A stretch of 47,365 bases of DNA from Eubacteriales bacterium. Lineage in GTDB: Bacteria > Bacillota > Clostridia > Oscillospirales > CAG-272. Shown here piece by piece: positions 1 through 9,547 of this stretch. The notes under the pieces were generated by a model. It saw only the letters and a list, made by a program, of their open reading frames with translations, made no database searches and was not told the DNA's origin. Position 1 is the first letter of the stretch. The number at the start of each line of letters is the position of its first letter. Both the position numbers and the translations under genes were made by a program. The stretch is from assembly GCA_045576195.1 (NCBI GenBank), contig JAZNFZ010000016.1, positions 1-47,365 on the forward strand, written 5' to 3'.

Positions 1-845
1 GAGAACAGGAACACGGTGATCAGCATCGGCACGGAAAGGGGCACGATGATTCGGATAAAGGTCTTGAATACACCGGAGCCATCTACGTAGGCTGCTTCTT
101 CCAATTCGTCGGGCACGCCGCGGAAGAACTGACGGAGCATAAAGATGTAAAGTCCGTTTTTGAACGCGATACACACCGTGGACATAATAATCAGCGGTGC
201 ATAGGTGTTCAACAGGTTCAGTCCCTCGGGGAAAGGCAGGATCTTGATCTTAGACAGAATGTTGTCGATCCATTCCACGCCCACCGAGGCTCCGCCCGAG
301 AAGAACTTCAAAATTCCGAGCACGTCAAAATATCTGAAATTCTGGAAGAATGCAGACTGCAGCGTACCGTGCGGGATCGCCAGCGTGATGATCACGGCGA
401 CAAACACCAGCTTGTTGCCACGGAACTTGAACTTTGCAAGGCCGTAGGCCACAAGGCAGCTCGAGAAGGTCTGCAGCAGGGCGCAGAGCAGTGAGAAGCC
501 CATGGTGGAGAAGAAATACTTGTGGTATTGCAGATCGGTAAAGAGTGCGCGGTAAACGGCCAGCGACAGATGACGGGGCACATTGACCACGGTGGAGTCG
601 ACAAAGTCCTGGGGAGCGGTGATCGACTGCATGATCAGCGCGTAGAAGGGCTTGATCACCACAAAGGCAATACCAATGAGAAGCAGCAGGCGGAAGATGT
701 ACCAAACTACACGCTTCAGGAAGAACATCGACAGATACTTGGCCTTCAAGCGCTCCTTGAGAGAGGTCCGCTCAAACTCCACACGGATCTTGTTTTTGCT
801 TTCCTTTTTGATCTTCGGCTTATTATCCATATTTTGTTGTGTCAT
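1..845 (-). CDS. Carbohydrate ABC transporter permease (MalG/UgpE-like); 3' end runs off the window; not in the supplied ORF track
   Basis: Manual translation from ATG at 845 (GGAGGTGA RBS upstream): MTQQNMDNKPKIKK... with hydrophobic helices and the EAA loop FFRGVPDELEEAAYVDG; open to position 1. Confidence 0.9.
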   Translation of the reverse strand, partial: MTQQNMDNKPKIKKESKNKIRVEFERTSLKERLKAKYLSMFFLKRVVWYIFRLLLLIGIAFVVIKPFYALIMQSITAPQDFVDSTVVNVPRHLSLAVYRALFTDLQYHKYFFSTMGFSLLCALLQTFSSCLVAYGLAKFKFRGNKLVFVAVIITLAIPHGTLQSAFFQNFRYFDVLGILKFFSGGASVGVEWIDNILSKIKILPFPEGLNLLNTYAPLIIMSTVCIAFKNGLYIFMLRQFFRGVPDELEEAAYVDGSGVFKTFIRIIVPLSVPMLITVFLF

Positions 846-857
846 CTTCTCACCTCC

Positions 858-1841
858 TTAATCCCTTCTCTGATAGAAGACATAGGCGGAGAACACAGCA
901 GCCACCAAGCCAACCAATGCCAGTATCAGGATAAAGTACATCCAACCCATCGCCGCACTCACGTGCATGGCGTTTTTCACCGTTACCGACGAGTAGGTGC
1001 TGTTGATCACCTGCATCACCGAGTTGGAGTCTGTGGTAAAGCTGTCGATCAGCGTGTAAATGCCGTTCACCAGGATCATCGGGCTTACCATGGGGAAGGT
1101 GATCTTCCAGAAGGTCTCCCAAGAGCTTGCACCGTCGATCTGGCAGGACTCGTAGATCGCAGGCGAGATCGACTGCAGAGAAGCAAGGAAAATAAGGATC
1201 TGTACACCCGAGCGGTTGATGATACCCGAAATACTTGCCACGGCAGAGGTAATGTACTCCACCAGGCCAAGGCCGAAGCCAAGGCTGTCAAAAATATTAC
1301 CAAGCAGCGCCTCAATGGCAAGCGAGGATTCCACCTTTTCCTCCTCGGATTCGCCCATGCCAAGATCAATGCTCTCGTCGGCGATCTTGAAGGAGGAGCC
1401 GAGAATGCCCTCCATCATGCCTGTTGAAACCACAACAGGCAGGAAGAAGATGGCACGGAATGCGGCGCGTCCCACCATTTTCTGGTTCAGGATCACAGCC
1501 ACAAACAGCGAAAAGATCAGAATAGCGGGAACATCAAACAAGATCTCCTCAAGACCCCCAAGCAGGGTCTGCAGGAAGTTGGCGCTGCCCGTCAGCGCGT
1601 CGGAGTAGTTGGCAAAGCCAACGGCCTCCTTGTTCAGCACACCGTTGACGAAGGTGTAGCTGTAAAAGCTTTGCTTGATCGACTCGAAGATGATCGGGAA
1701 ATACACGACCACAAAGCCGATCACAAAGGGGAGCACGAAGAGCCAGCCCGCGCGCGCCTTACGGCGGTCAAGGGAGGCTATTTTTCTTTTCTTGACAGGC
1801 TTTGCCGCAGCAACGCCTGCTTTGACTTGATTTGTCATCAT
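858..1841 (-). CDS. Sugar ABC transporter permease (MalF/UgpA-like)
   Basis: Multiple TM segments, FRAIFFLPVV and EAA-like loop LQSISPAIYESCQIDGASSWETFWKIT; GGGAGG RBS. Confidence 0.9.
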   Translation of the reverse strand: MMTNQVKAGVAAAKPVKKRKIASLDRRKARAGWLFVLPFVIGFVVVYFPIIFESIKQSFYSYTFVNGVLNKEAVGFANYSDALTGSANFLQTLLGGLEEILFDVPAILIFSLFVAVILNQKMVGRAAFRAIFFLPVVVSTGMMEGILGSSFKIADESIDLGMGESEEEKVESSLAIEALLGNIFDSLGFGLGLVEYITSAVASISGIINRSGVQILIFLASLQSISPAIYESCQIDGASSWETFWKITFPMVSPMILVNGIYTLIDSFTTDSNSVMQVINSTYSSVTVKNAMHVSAAMGWMYFILILALVGLVAAVFSAYVFYQRRD

Positions 1842-1850
1842 TTACCTCCC

Positions 1851-4800
1851 TTACGCATTGTGATAGATCACCACGTAGCCGTAGCTCTCGATGGTATAAA
1901 TGACACCGTTGACCGTGGTCTGAACGGTATAGTCGTTAAAGTTCAGGATGAAGGACTTGTAGGGAGAGCCTACCTCGCCGTAGGTCACCAGAACGAGATT
2001 CTGGTTGAGCGAGTATTTGTCCTTGGGAGGATCGGGAACGATGACCTCCTCACCCTCAGCGCCGCCGGTGCCGCCCTCGTTGCCGCCTCCTTCTTCCTCA
2101 GAGGGAGGAGGAGTGGGAACGGTCTCGGTTTCGCCCGAAACAGCTGCAAGAATGGCAGCCACGTTGATCTTGGATGCAGTAGGATCTGCAGGATCGTAGT
2201 AGCCCTCCTCGATCAGCTGTCGGATAAAGGCATTTGCCAGCGCCTCCACACCAAGACCCTCGTACTTATCGGAAAGTGCAGCGTCGGTGCCGAACACGAA
2301 GCCTGCAAGATCCGCGTCGGAAACATCAGCCACGGTCTTGGTAACGGTCAGCTTGCCGCGAAGCGCCTCAATGGTGGCCTCGCTTCCCTTCACAAACGCC
2401 AGCTTGTTCTCGGGGCTGATGGCAACCTTTTCGCTCCGGTACTCATTGAGCAGTGCCACATAGGCATCCACTGCCTTATCCAGTGCAGCCTCTGCCTCGT
2501 TGACCAACTGCGAAATGGCATCGTTGGCAACCAGGTAGTCGTAACCGTTCTTGGCTGCAAGCAAGGCATCCTCGGCCAGCTTCAGTGCCTTGGCCGCGTT
2601 CACGGAGCGGCGGGCGATCAGCGTGGTAAAGGCGTTGGTCATTGTGGTGAGGTTGCTTGCGCTGATCTCCGCGCCCTGTCCGTTGCAGGTGTTCCAGATA
2701 CGGATCAGCTCGGAGGTCTCAGAACGCTGCTGGTGCAGTCTGTTTCTCAGGTCCACAATACCCGTGCTCTGGGCCTTGATGGTCGCCTCGGCGGAAATGG
2801 CAGCCTCGCTTGCTGCGCGGATGGCAGCAACCGCAGCGATACGGTCGTTCTCGATCTTATCGGCAATCTGATCTGCCTTATCCTTTGCAGCCTCCAGAAT
2901 ATCGTCCAGCAGCTCGTTCTCGTTGGGAACGCGGTTGCCGTCGAGGAACCGGTGATCAATGATCAGCTTGGTCTGCACATCGGCAAGTGCCAGGTTCAGC
3001 TCATTGTAGATCTCAACCAAGCGCTTCTGCCAGATGTCATAGCGCACCGAATAGTTCTGCGAAAGGAGCTCATCCTCCTTGAGCAGCTCGGTGTTGGCAT
3101 AGGAAAGGATAAAGTAAAGCGATGCGCCGTTCTCGATCGCCTTCAGCATAGCATAGCTGAGGTCGCCCTCCTCGTTGAAGGCAGAGCCTGCAAACTCAAC
3201 ATAGCCATGGAGGACCACGCCCATAAAGGGAATGGCGCTCAGCTCAGCATTGTAGCGGCTGGAATCCAGCGGCACATTCAGAATGTGGCTCGCGTAGTTC
3301 CAGGTATAGGCATTGGCCGCATCCAGCATGATGTCATAATCGCGCTCGTTAAAGTAGGAGAGGGCCTCCATCGTATAGGTCTTGGCCTCCTCGCGGAGCG
3401 TGATCTTATCCTCATCATAGTCGGAGTTCAGGGCGCTGCCCATGGTCGAAAGAGAAATGCCCATGGCATCGTACTTGCTGTATCTTCTCTCCAGCTTCTC
3501 ATAGAAGTGGCTGAAGGTTGCGGGAGAGAGCAGCATCTGGTAATAGCTTACCATAGCCTGCTTGGTCGCAGAGTAGATGCGTCTTGCGGTATAACGGTTG
3601 TCAATGGTACGAGCGGCATTCTTCTTCATATTGACCGAATCGCTCGCACTGGCGGAGGTGGTATACACAAAGTCAAAGTCGGGGAAAATGCCGTAGCCTC
3701 TCTCGGCAGCATCCGCCACCAGATCCTTGAAGTCGGATTTGCCGCCCACGGCCTTCTCCCACTTCAGCTTATAGGGGACCTCAGAGTAAAGGCCGCCGTT
3801 GGCAAAGCCCGTGAGCTTGAAGTTCACGTTGGTGACCTTCTCGCCTGCAAGGTAGGTGTACATCTCCTGAATATCGTCAAAGGTGGTAAGCGCTACCGAA
3901 ACGGTAACAGGCATCGACATCACCTTTTTCACGGTATCCATACAGCCAAAGGCCTCAATGTAAAGCGGGATGGAGGTCTTGACATCGCTCTCACCAAGGC
4001 GCTTGAAATCGGCGTTGGTGGAGGCAAGATAGTTGCGGTAGGCAAAGGCCATACCCATCCAGCTGCACTCGTAGTAGGAGGTAAGATTTGCCTCCTTTGC
4101 CTTGTTGTCGTCACTCAGCATAATGTAGCGAATGCGGTAATCGTCCGTATAGCGTCTGGCGGCGTAAACCGACCAGTTGGACACCGACTTATCCTGCTGA
4201 CGTGTGATAAACGACAGCGAGACCGAGGTGTGCTGCAGGTAGTTGAGGTGAATGGGAGCGATGGTCGCAAGCGAATCCCCCTCCTCAATGATGGCAAAGT
4301 AGCCGCGCTTCACGCCCTTGGCATTGGTCTCGACCTGACCGAACACAGGCATACGGATGACCTCGCTATGCAGACCCGAAATGCCCGAGAAAAGGGCAAA
4401 GTCGTCGCCATACACGCGGCCGTTGATCAGCGTCGGCACGGAATGCTCGTAAAGCGTGCCCGAGCCGTCGGGAACAAAGGTGTAGCCCTCGTTGGCCTTG
4501 TTGCAGGCACCCATGTAGGGCAGCACGGTCAGGTTGGTCATACGGAAGGCAGACTCGTCAAAGCGCAGGCCGTTGGCGGGAAGCTCCACCACAAGGCCGT
4601 TGGAATCCACCGTGTATTCCAGTGCCATTCTAAAGATCGGGGGTGCCTCAAGCTCCTCGATGTAGCCGAGATACTCATAGTCCCGATCCATCTCCTCGAA
4701 GGAGTAGTCAGGGCAGTAGGTCTGGATCATATCGGCCAGATGCTCCATCTGCGCCGTGGTGGTGCTGGCACTCAGCACGTAGATGTTGATGTTCTTCTCT

Positions 4801-5489
4801 GCCAGAACGGGGAACTTGGCCGCCATCGACTGTGCGACAACGTCCTCTGCGCCCTTCTTGCTGGCCAGAATTCTCTCTGCGTAGAACATCTCCTCGAAAT
4901 ACGCCTTAAACTGCTTGAACTCGTGGGTGGTCTTGCCGAGAGCCGCCTCCATGGGAGCAAGGATCTTTTCCTCAAAGGAGGAACGCTCGATCTGCTTGGG
5001 GCAAAGCAAGCGGGAGGAGATCTGTCCGATGGCATACTCCACACGGATGCCGTTCTTGATCGGCTTCACGTTGATCTGCGACTTGAGCGCCGCATCCACA
5101 TAGGAATTCAAGAACCAGTTGGTATTTTTGCTATCCACATAGGAAAGCGTGATCTGCGAGAGCATTTCTGCACGCAGGCTGTCGTCAGAGCAGGTCTCTG
5201 CCGACATATCCCAGGGGTTGGTGAAGAGCACCTCGCCCGTGGAGAGCTTTTGGTAGGCGACCACGCCGAGGATCGCGTCGTAGTAGAGCGCGTACTCGCC
5301 GTTGTCAAATTTCTTTTCCATTACCGCAAGGCGGTCCGCCTCGCTGGTGAATTCTTCGCGGGTATAGTCAAAATCTGCGACCTCGCCGCGCTCCTCGGCG
5401 GCGGAAATGGTGATTGCAGGGATCGCACACACCACCATCAGCATAGACAGGAACGCGCAAAGCAACCGCTTCATCAAATTTGTTTTCAC
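1851..5489 (-). CDS. Large secreted protein, DUF5696-like, with a possible glycoside-hydrolase-like barrel
   Basis: GTG start with AAGGAG RBS; Sec signal peptide (MKTNLMKRLLCAFLSMLMVV...ISA); segments GYTFVPDGSG, RMPVFG, GFANGG, IFPDFDF, IPFMGVVLHG recalled as typical of DUF5696 proteins in this gene context. Confidence 0.7.
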   Translation of the reverse strand: MKTNLMKRLLCAFLSMLMVVCAIPAITISAAEERGEVADFDYTREEFTSEADRLAVMEKKFDNGEYALYYDAILGVVAYQKLSTGEVLFTNPWDMSAETCSDDSLRAEMLSQITLSYVDSKNTNWFLNSYVDAALKSQINVKPIKNGIRVEYAIGQISSRLLCPKQIERSSFEEKILAPMEAALGKTTHEFKQFKAYFEEMFYAERILASKKGAEDVVAQSMAAKFPVLAEKNINIYVLSASTTTAQMEHLADMIQTYCPDYSFEEMDRDYEYLGYIEELEAPPIFRMALEYTVDSNGLVVELPANGLRFDESAFRMTNLTVLPYMGACNKANEGYTFVPDGSGTLYEHSVPTLINGRVYGDDFALFSGISGLHSEVIRMPVFGQVETNAKGVKRGYFAIIEEGDSLATIAPIHLNYLQHTSVSLSFITRQQDKSVSNWSVYAARRYTDDYRIRYIMLSDDNKAKEANLTSYYECSWMGMAFAYRNYLASTNADFKRLGESDVKTSIPLYIEAFGCMDTVKKVMSMPVTVSVALTTFDDIQEMYTYLAGEKVTNVNFKLTGFANGGLYSEVPYKLKWEKAVGGKSDFKDLVADAAERGYGIFPDFDFVYTTSASASDSVNMKKNAARTIDNRYTARRIYSATKQAMVSYYQMLLSPATFSHFYEKLERRYSKYDAMGISLSTMGSALNSDYDEDKITLREEAKTYTMEALSYFNERDYDIMLDAANAYTWNYASHILNVPLDSSRYNAELSAIPFMGVVLHGYVEFAGSAFNEEGDLSYAMLKAIENGASLYFILSYANTELLKEDELLSQNYSVRYDIWQKRLVEIYNELNLALADVQTKLIIDHRFLDGNRVPNENELLDDILEAAKDKADQIADKIENDRIAAVAAIRAASEAAISAEATIKAQSTGIVDLRNRLHQQRSETSELIRIWNTCNGQGAEISASNLTTMTNAFTTLIARRSVNAAKALKLAEDALLAAKNGYDYLVANDAISQLVNEAEAALDKAVDAYVALLNEYRSEKVAISPENKLAFVKGSEATIEALRGKLTVTKTVADVSDADLAGFVFGTDAALSDKYEGLGVEALANAFIRQLIEEGYYDPADPTASKINVAAILAAVSGETETVPTPPPSEEEGGGNEGGTGGAEGEEVIVPDPPKDKYSLNQNLVLVTYGEVGSPYKSFILNFNDYTVQTTVNGVIYTIESYGYVVIYHNA

Positions 5490-5510
5490 GATTTTTTCTC
5501 CTTTCTATGC

Positions 5511-7667
5511 TTAGAGTCGGTAAGTCACTTCGGCGACAATGTTTGTCACAAAGCCTACAATATCCATGACGAGAGAGGTAAAGAGGATGGCAAGGAACAT
5601 GATAAACGCCATACCTATAATACTGCCAAGGGTCGTCAGCAGGTTCTTGATGATGCTGTAATCGTGCGTCACCATCATACCGAAGAAGATGAGGAAGCCC
5701 GCCCAAATAAAGCCGAGCGAGATCACCAGGGTGATGATATCCATCTCCGACACGACCACAAAGTTGGAGAACAGAGTGGCGGGGATGGTGGTGAGGGAGA
5801 TCGGCAGCAGCGAGTAGCTGATGGCAATGAAAATGTCCTTAAAGTTACCCTCGCCGTCAAACAGGGTGGTAAGACACCAGTTTGCAACAGCGAAGAGCAG
5901 CACGGGGACAAATACCACCAGCACCTGCATAAAGATGGTGGTGTAGCTGGCCTGCGGATCCATTACATAGCCACGGCCAATGCTGCGGTAGAAGAGCGCC
6001 ACAATGGTAATGGCAATGAAGACGAAGGATGCTCGCAGCGAGCCTCTCTTTTCGTGCTTCAGATCCCAGAAGCCGTCAAAGGGATGGAAGATCACATGGA
6101 AGACGTAGAGCAGCTCCTCCTTGAAGGTGTGCTTCTTGCCCGAAACGGCCGCCTTCTTATTGATCTTGGCGGCATAGCGCATAAAGCGCACCACCAGGAT
6201 GCAGATGGCAATGATGCCGATGGGAACCAGAAGGAAGAACTTGGAGACCCACTCCTTACGCAGCTCCTTGAAGGCCGTCGAGTAGTTTTCGGTATCATAA
6301 GCAGCCTTATAATACTCAATTGCCTCCTCAAAATCACCGCTGCGGAACAGCGCCTGACCGATACCGATGTAAGCGGTGTCGTAGTTGGAGTTACGCATCA
6401 GGATCTCTTTCCAGTCCTCGATGGCAAGGTCATACTGACGCTCGTTCTGGTGACGGAGCGCCTGGATCAGCACGTCGCCGTACTCGGTTCGGTTAAAGAC
6501 CACCAGCTTGGCGTTCACGCCGGTTCCATCCAGCACCAGCATCTTCTCGCCCTGGTAGACCACCGCCTGGATGGTAGACATATTACCGAGCTGAGAGCCT
6601 GCATCGCCAAAGGCGAAGAGCAGGTTGCCGTCATAATCGTAGGTATAAAGCTTGCTGCGCTTTTCGTCGACAATGGTCCAGGTATTTTCGGGGCCGCAGG
6701 CAACGTCAACCACCTTGGACATACCCGCGCGGTCCTCGTTATACTCGTTCTCATAGTCGATCTCGCCTGCAGGCGGCCAGAAGCCGTTACGGCGCATGAT
6801 CTCATCGCCGGCGGGGTTCAGCAGCTTACAGGGGGCATAGGTACCGGCCTTTGACTGCGAGTTAATGGCAGAAAGCATACTGCCCTCCAGCGCCTTGTCA
6901 TTGATGACCGCGTACACAAAGCCGTTCTCGTTGATATCAATGTTGTCGTAAGGGTAGGAGAGCGTCAAGGTCTCCTCCTTGCGCTGCTCCTCGGACTGAA
7001 AACGCTTCCAGAATTGCTTCCAGACAGAGGAGATCGTCTGCTGTGCGCCGATGAAGCCCGTAAACTCGCCCTTACCCGTCATCACGATGATGCCCTCGTT
7101 GGTCTCGTCGGAGACCACGTAAAGTCGATCGTAGGAGTCAACGGCAACGGCAACGGGCCAGTAGATCGCGTCATCATCAAACAGCTCGGATTCGGGCGCC
7201 TTGATGATCGAGTTGAACTGACCGTCCTTGGTAAAGGTAACGATACGGGCGGCAGCGGAGTCACACACATAGAGCAGGCCGGGTCTGCCGGGCTTATCCT
7301 CGGTCACAAACAGGCCCTTGGGCTGCGTGAAGGAGTCCGAAATTCCCTGATCGTTGACGAATGTGGTGATCTCGTACTTGACGTAGTAGTAGGGGTCAAG
7401 AACCACGATACGGTTCTGATCCGTGTCGGAAATGTAGATGTTTTCGTCCTCATCCACCGTCAGGTCGCTGGCATTCTTCAGCGTCAGGCTAAGACCCATC
7501 TGCGAGGAAGAAACCGTCGTCAGAGGAGTGTAAGCATCCGGAGAATAAAGCGCGCGACCGTCGATCGAGTAGGTGTAGGTCTGGTAGGCTCTTGCTGCTT
7601 CCACCGGGGTGGAAATAACCGTCAAAAGGACAAACAGCAAGCAAAAAACAGAAAATAGCTTTTTCAT
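5511..7667 (-). CDS. NHL/beta-propeller + TPR + Yip1-domain membrane protein
   Basis: Signal peptide; repeats like DLTVDEDENIYISDTDQNRIVVLD and AVAVDSYDRLYVVSD; TPR-like AYIGIGQALFRSGDFEEAIEYY; a TM, then a Yip1-like C-terminus starting VIFHPFDGFWDLKHEKRGS with about 5 TMs. Confidence 0.75.
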   Translation of the reverse strand: MKKLFSVFCLLFVLLTVISTPVEAARAYQTYTYSIDGRALYSPDAYTPLTTVSSSQMGLSLTLKNASDLTVDEDENIYISDTDQNRIVVLDPYYYVKYEITTFVNDQGISDSFTQPKGLFVTEDKPGRPGLLYVCDSAAARIVTFTKDGQFNSIIKAPESELFDDDAIYWPVAVAVDSYDRLYVVSDETNEGIIVMTGKGEFTGFIGAQQTISSVWKQFWKRFQSEEQRKEETLTLSYPYDNIDINENGFVYAVINDKALEGSMLSAINSQSKAGTYAPCKLLNPAGDEIMRRNGFWPPAGEIDYENEYNEDRAGMSKVVDVACGPENTWTIVDEKRSKLYTYDYDGNLLFAFGDAGSQLGNMSTIQAVVYQGEKMLVLDGTGVNAKLVVFNRTEYGDVLIQALRHQNERQYDLAIEDWKEILMRNSNYDTAYIGIGQALFRSGDFEEAIEYYKAAYDTENYSTAFKELRKEWVSKFFLLVPIGIIAICILVVRFMRYAAKINKKAAVSGKKHTFKEELLYVFHVIFHPFDGFWDLKHEKRGSLRASFVFIAITIVALFYRSIGRGYVMDPQASYTTIFMQVLVVFVPVLLFAVANWCLTTLFDGEGNFKDIFIAISYSLLPISLTTIPATLFSNFVVVSEMDIITLVISLGFIWAGFLIFFGMMVTHDYSIIKNLLTTLGSIIGMAFIMFLAILFTSLVMDIVGFVTNIVAEVTYRL

Positions 7668-7684
7668 TCTGAATCTCCTTTTTC

Positions 7685-8560
7685 TTAGTCTTTCATACCG
7701 GAGGATCCCATGGTCTCAATGATGTTGGACTGGGAGATCACGAAGACCGTGATCGGCACCAGCATCATGATCACAAGAGATGCGGCGTGAGCGCCTGCAC
7801 GCTCGATACCACCGGCCATGATCTGGCCAATGGCGTAGTTGAAGGATTTGAGCTGCTCGGAGTGGATGTACACCGAGGCGCCTCTGTTCCACAGATCCTG
7901 GAAGCAGTAGATGATCAGGGTCAGCCACGCGGGCTTGACCATGGGCATCGCAATGGTCCAGAAGGTGCGAAGCTCGCTGGCACCGTCAAGACGGGCAGAC
8001 TCAAGAACGGCAGTGGAAACGTTGGTCTCCATAAACTGCTTCATCAGGTAAAGGCCAAGGGAGGTAGCCCAGGCAGGGATGATGATGGCAAAGTAGGTAT
8101 CGATCATATGCAGCGCACTCATGATGATAAAGGAGGTAACACCCGTAACCGTAGAGTGGAACATCAGGGAGGTACGCACCGTCTTAAACATCATCTTGCC
8201 GCCGGGGAACTTGATCTTCGCCATGGCGTAGGCCGCCAGCGAGGAGAAGAACAGGTTGCCCACCGTACCTGCGATCGAGGTGAACACCGTGTTGAAGATG
8301 TAACGGGAGAAGGGCACCCACGAGGTGTTCATCAGGGAGAACAGATCGCGGAAGTTCTTCAGTGTGGGGTTGTAAACGAAGAAGCGAGGGGGGAACATCC
8401 ACAGCTCATCAAGGGGCTTGAGAGACTGCAGCAACACGTAAAGCATAGGCAGGAACATGAAGGCACCAAGCAGGGAAAGAACCACCGTGATGCCCGCATC
8501 ACCGCCTGCGGAACGGTTGAGGACAACTTTATGTTTTCTAGTACGAAGCTTTTTCGACAT
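7685..8560 (-). CDS. Carbohydrate ABC transporter permease (MalG-like)
   Basis: TM helices, SLKPLDEL...PP, EAA loop VLESARLDGASELRTFWTIAMPMVKP. Confidence 0.92.
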   Translation of the reverse strand: MSKKLRTRKHKVVLNRSAGGDAGITVVLSLLGAFMFLPMLYVLLQSLKPLDELWMFPPRFFVYNPTLKNFRDLFSLMNTSWVPFSRYIFNTVFTSIAGTVGNLFFSSLAAYAMAKIKFPGGKMMFKTVRTSLMFHSTVTGVTSFIIMSALHMIDTYFAIIIPAWATSLGLYLMKQFMETNVSTAVLESARLDGASELRTFWTIAMPMVKPAWLTLIIYCFQDLWNRGASVYIHSEQLKSFNYAIGQIMAGGIERAGAHAASLVIMMLVPITVFVISQSNIIETMGSSGMKD

Positions 8561-8561
8561 A

Positions 8562-9497
8562 TCACTGCCCCACTTTCGAAAGAAGTTTCTTGACCAGCAT
8601 GTTGGAGCCGATCATGATGGTAAACAGCACCACCGCGATCGCGGAGGAGTAGCCTACCTCAAAGCGGATGCTGCCGTAGTCGTCAAGGTGGTGCATAATG
8701 GTATGCGCCGCATAGTCGACAGACGGGAATCCGCACAGAGCGGTTACAACGCCGCCAAAGCCGAAGGAGGAGGTGATCGCCATCACGGCACCGAACATCA
8801 GCTGAGGCCTCATCGAGGGCAGCGTGATGTACCACAGCTCCTGCCAACGGTTTCTGACACCGTCCACCGCGCCCGCCTCGTACATCGAGCGATCGATGCC
8901 CTGCAGACCTGCAATAAAGGACAGGAACGAGGTACCAAGCGAGGTCCACAGTGCAACCACGATACAAAGCGGCATAATGTAGTCCGCATCCTTAAACCAC
9001 TGGATCTCCTCGGTGATAATACCCAGGTTCAGCAGCGTACCGTTGACCCAGCCATAGGAGTCGCCCGAGAACAGGGTCTCCCAGATCAGGTAGACCTGAC
9101 CCGAAATGGAGGGGGCATAGAAGATCAGTGTTACAACGGCACGGATCTTGGGGGGAAGCTCGTTGATGAACCATGCAACCAGCAGGGACATCATATAAGA
9201 GCAGGGGCCGACAATGACTGCAAAGATCAGAGTGTTCTTGCAGGCAATGATAAAGATATCGTCGTCAAGAAAGAGCCGAATATAGTTCTCTACAAAGGCA
9301 AATTCCGGCGGCTCAAGCAGGTTAAAATTAGTAAAGCTTATGAGAATCGACAGGAATACGGGCACCACCGTGAACAGGGTGAAGATCAGCATATAAGGGG
9401 CTACCATGGCGTATGCCACCTTATTCTTCTTCATTTCCTTCCAGGTCCACTGTGCACGCGTCATATCCGAGCGATTGACCGCTGTTTTCTTCGACAT
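8562..9497 (-). CDS. Sugar ABC transporter permease (MalF-like)
   Basis: SFTNFN...ENY, EAA loop AGLQGIDRSMYEAGAVDGVRNRWQELWYITLP. Confidence 0.92.
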   Translation of the reverse strand: MSKKTAVNRSDMTRAQWTWKEMKKNKVAYAMVAPYMLIFTLFTVVPVFLSILISFTNFNLLEPPEFAFVENYIRLFLDDDIFIIACKNTLIFAVIVGPCSYMMSLLVAWFINELPPKIRAVVTLIFYAPSISGQVYLIWETLFSGDSYGWVNGTLLNLGIITEEIQWFKDADYIMPLCIVVALWTSLGTSFLSFIAGLQGIDRSMYEAGAVDGVRNRWQELWYITLPSMRPQLMFGAVMAITSSFGFGGVVTALCGFPSVDYAAHTIMHHLDDYGSIRFEVGYSSAIAVVLFTIMIGSNMLVKKLLSKVGQ

Positions 9498-9547
9498 GTG
9501 CTTTTCTCCTTATAACGCTTATAAATAATAATGTAACCGATTCGTGA

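Noticed and set aside
1671-6854. 1727-aa plus-strand ORF
   Set aside because: It lies antisense to three well-supported genes, has no RBS or recognisable motifs, and has the His/Leu/Gly/Val/Arg-rich composition typical of the reverse complement of biased codons.
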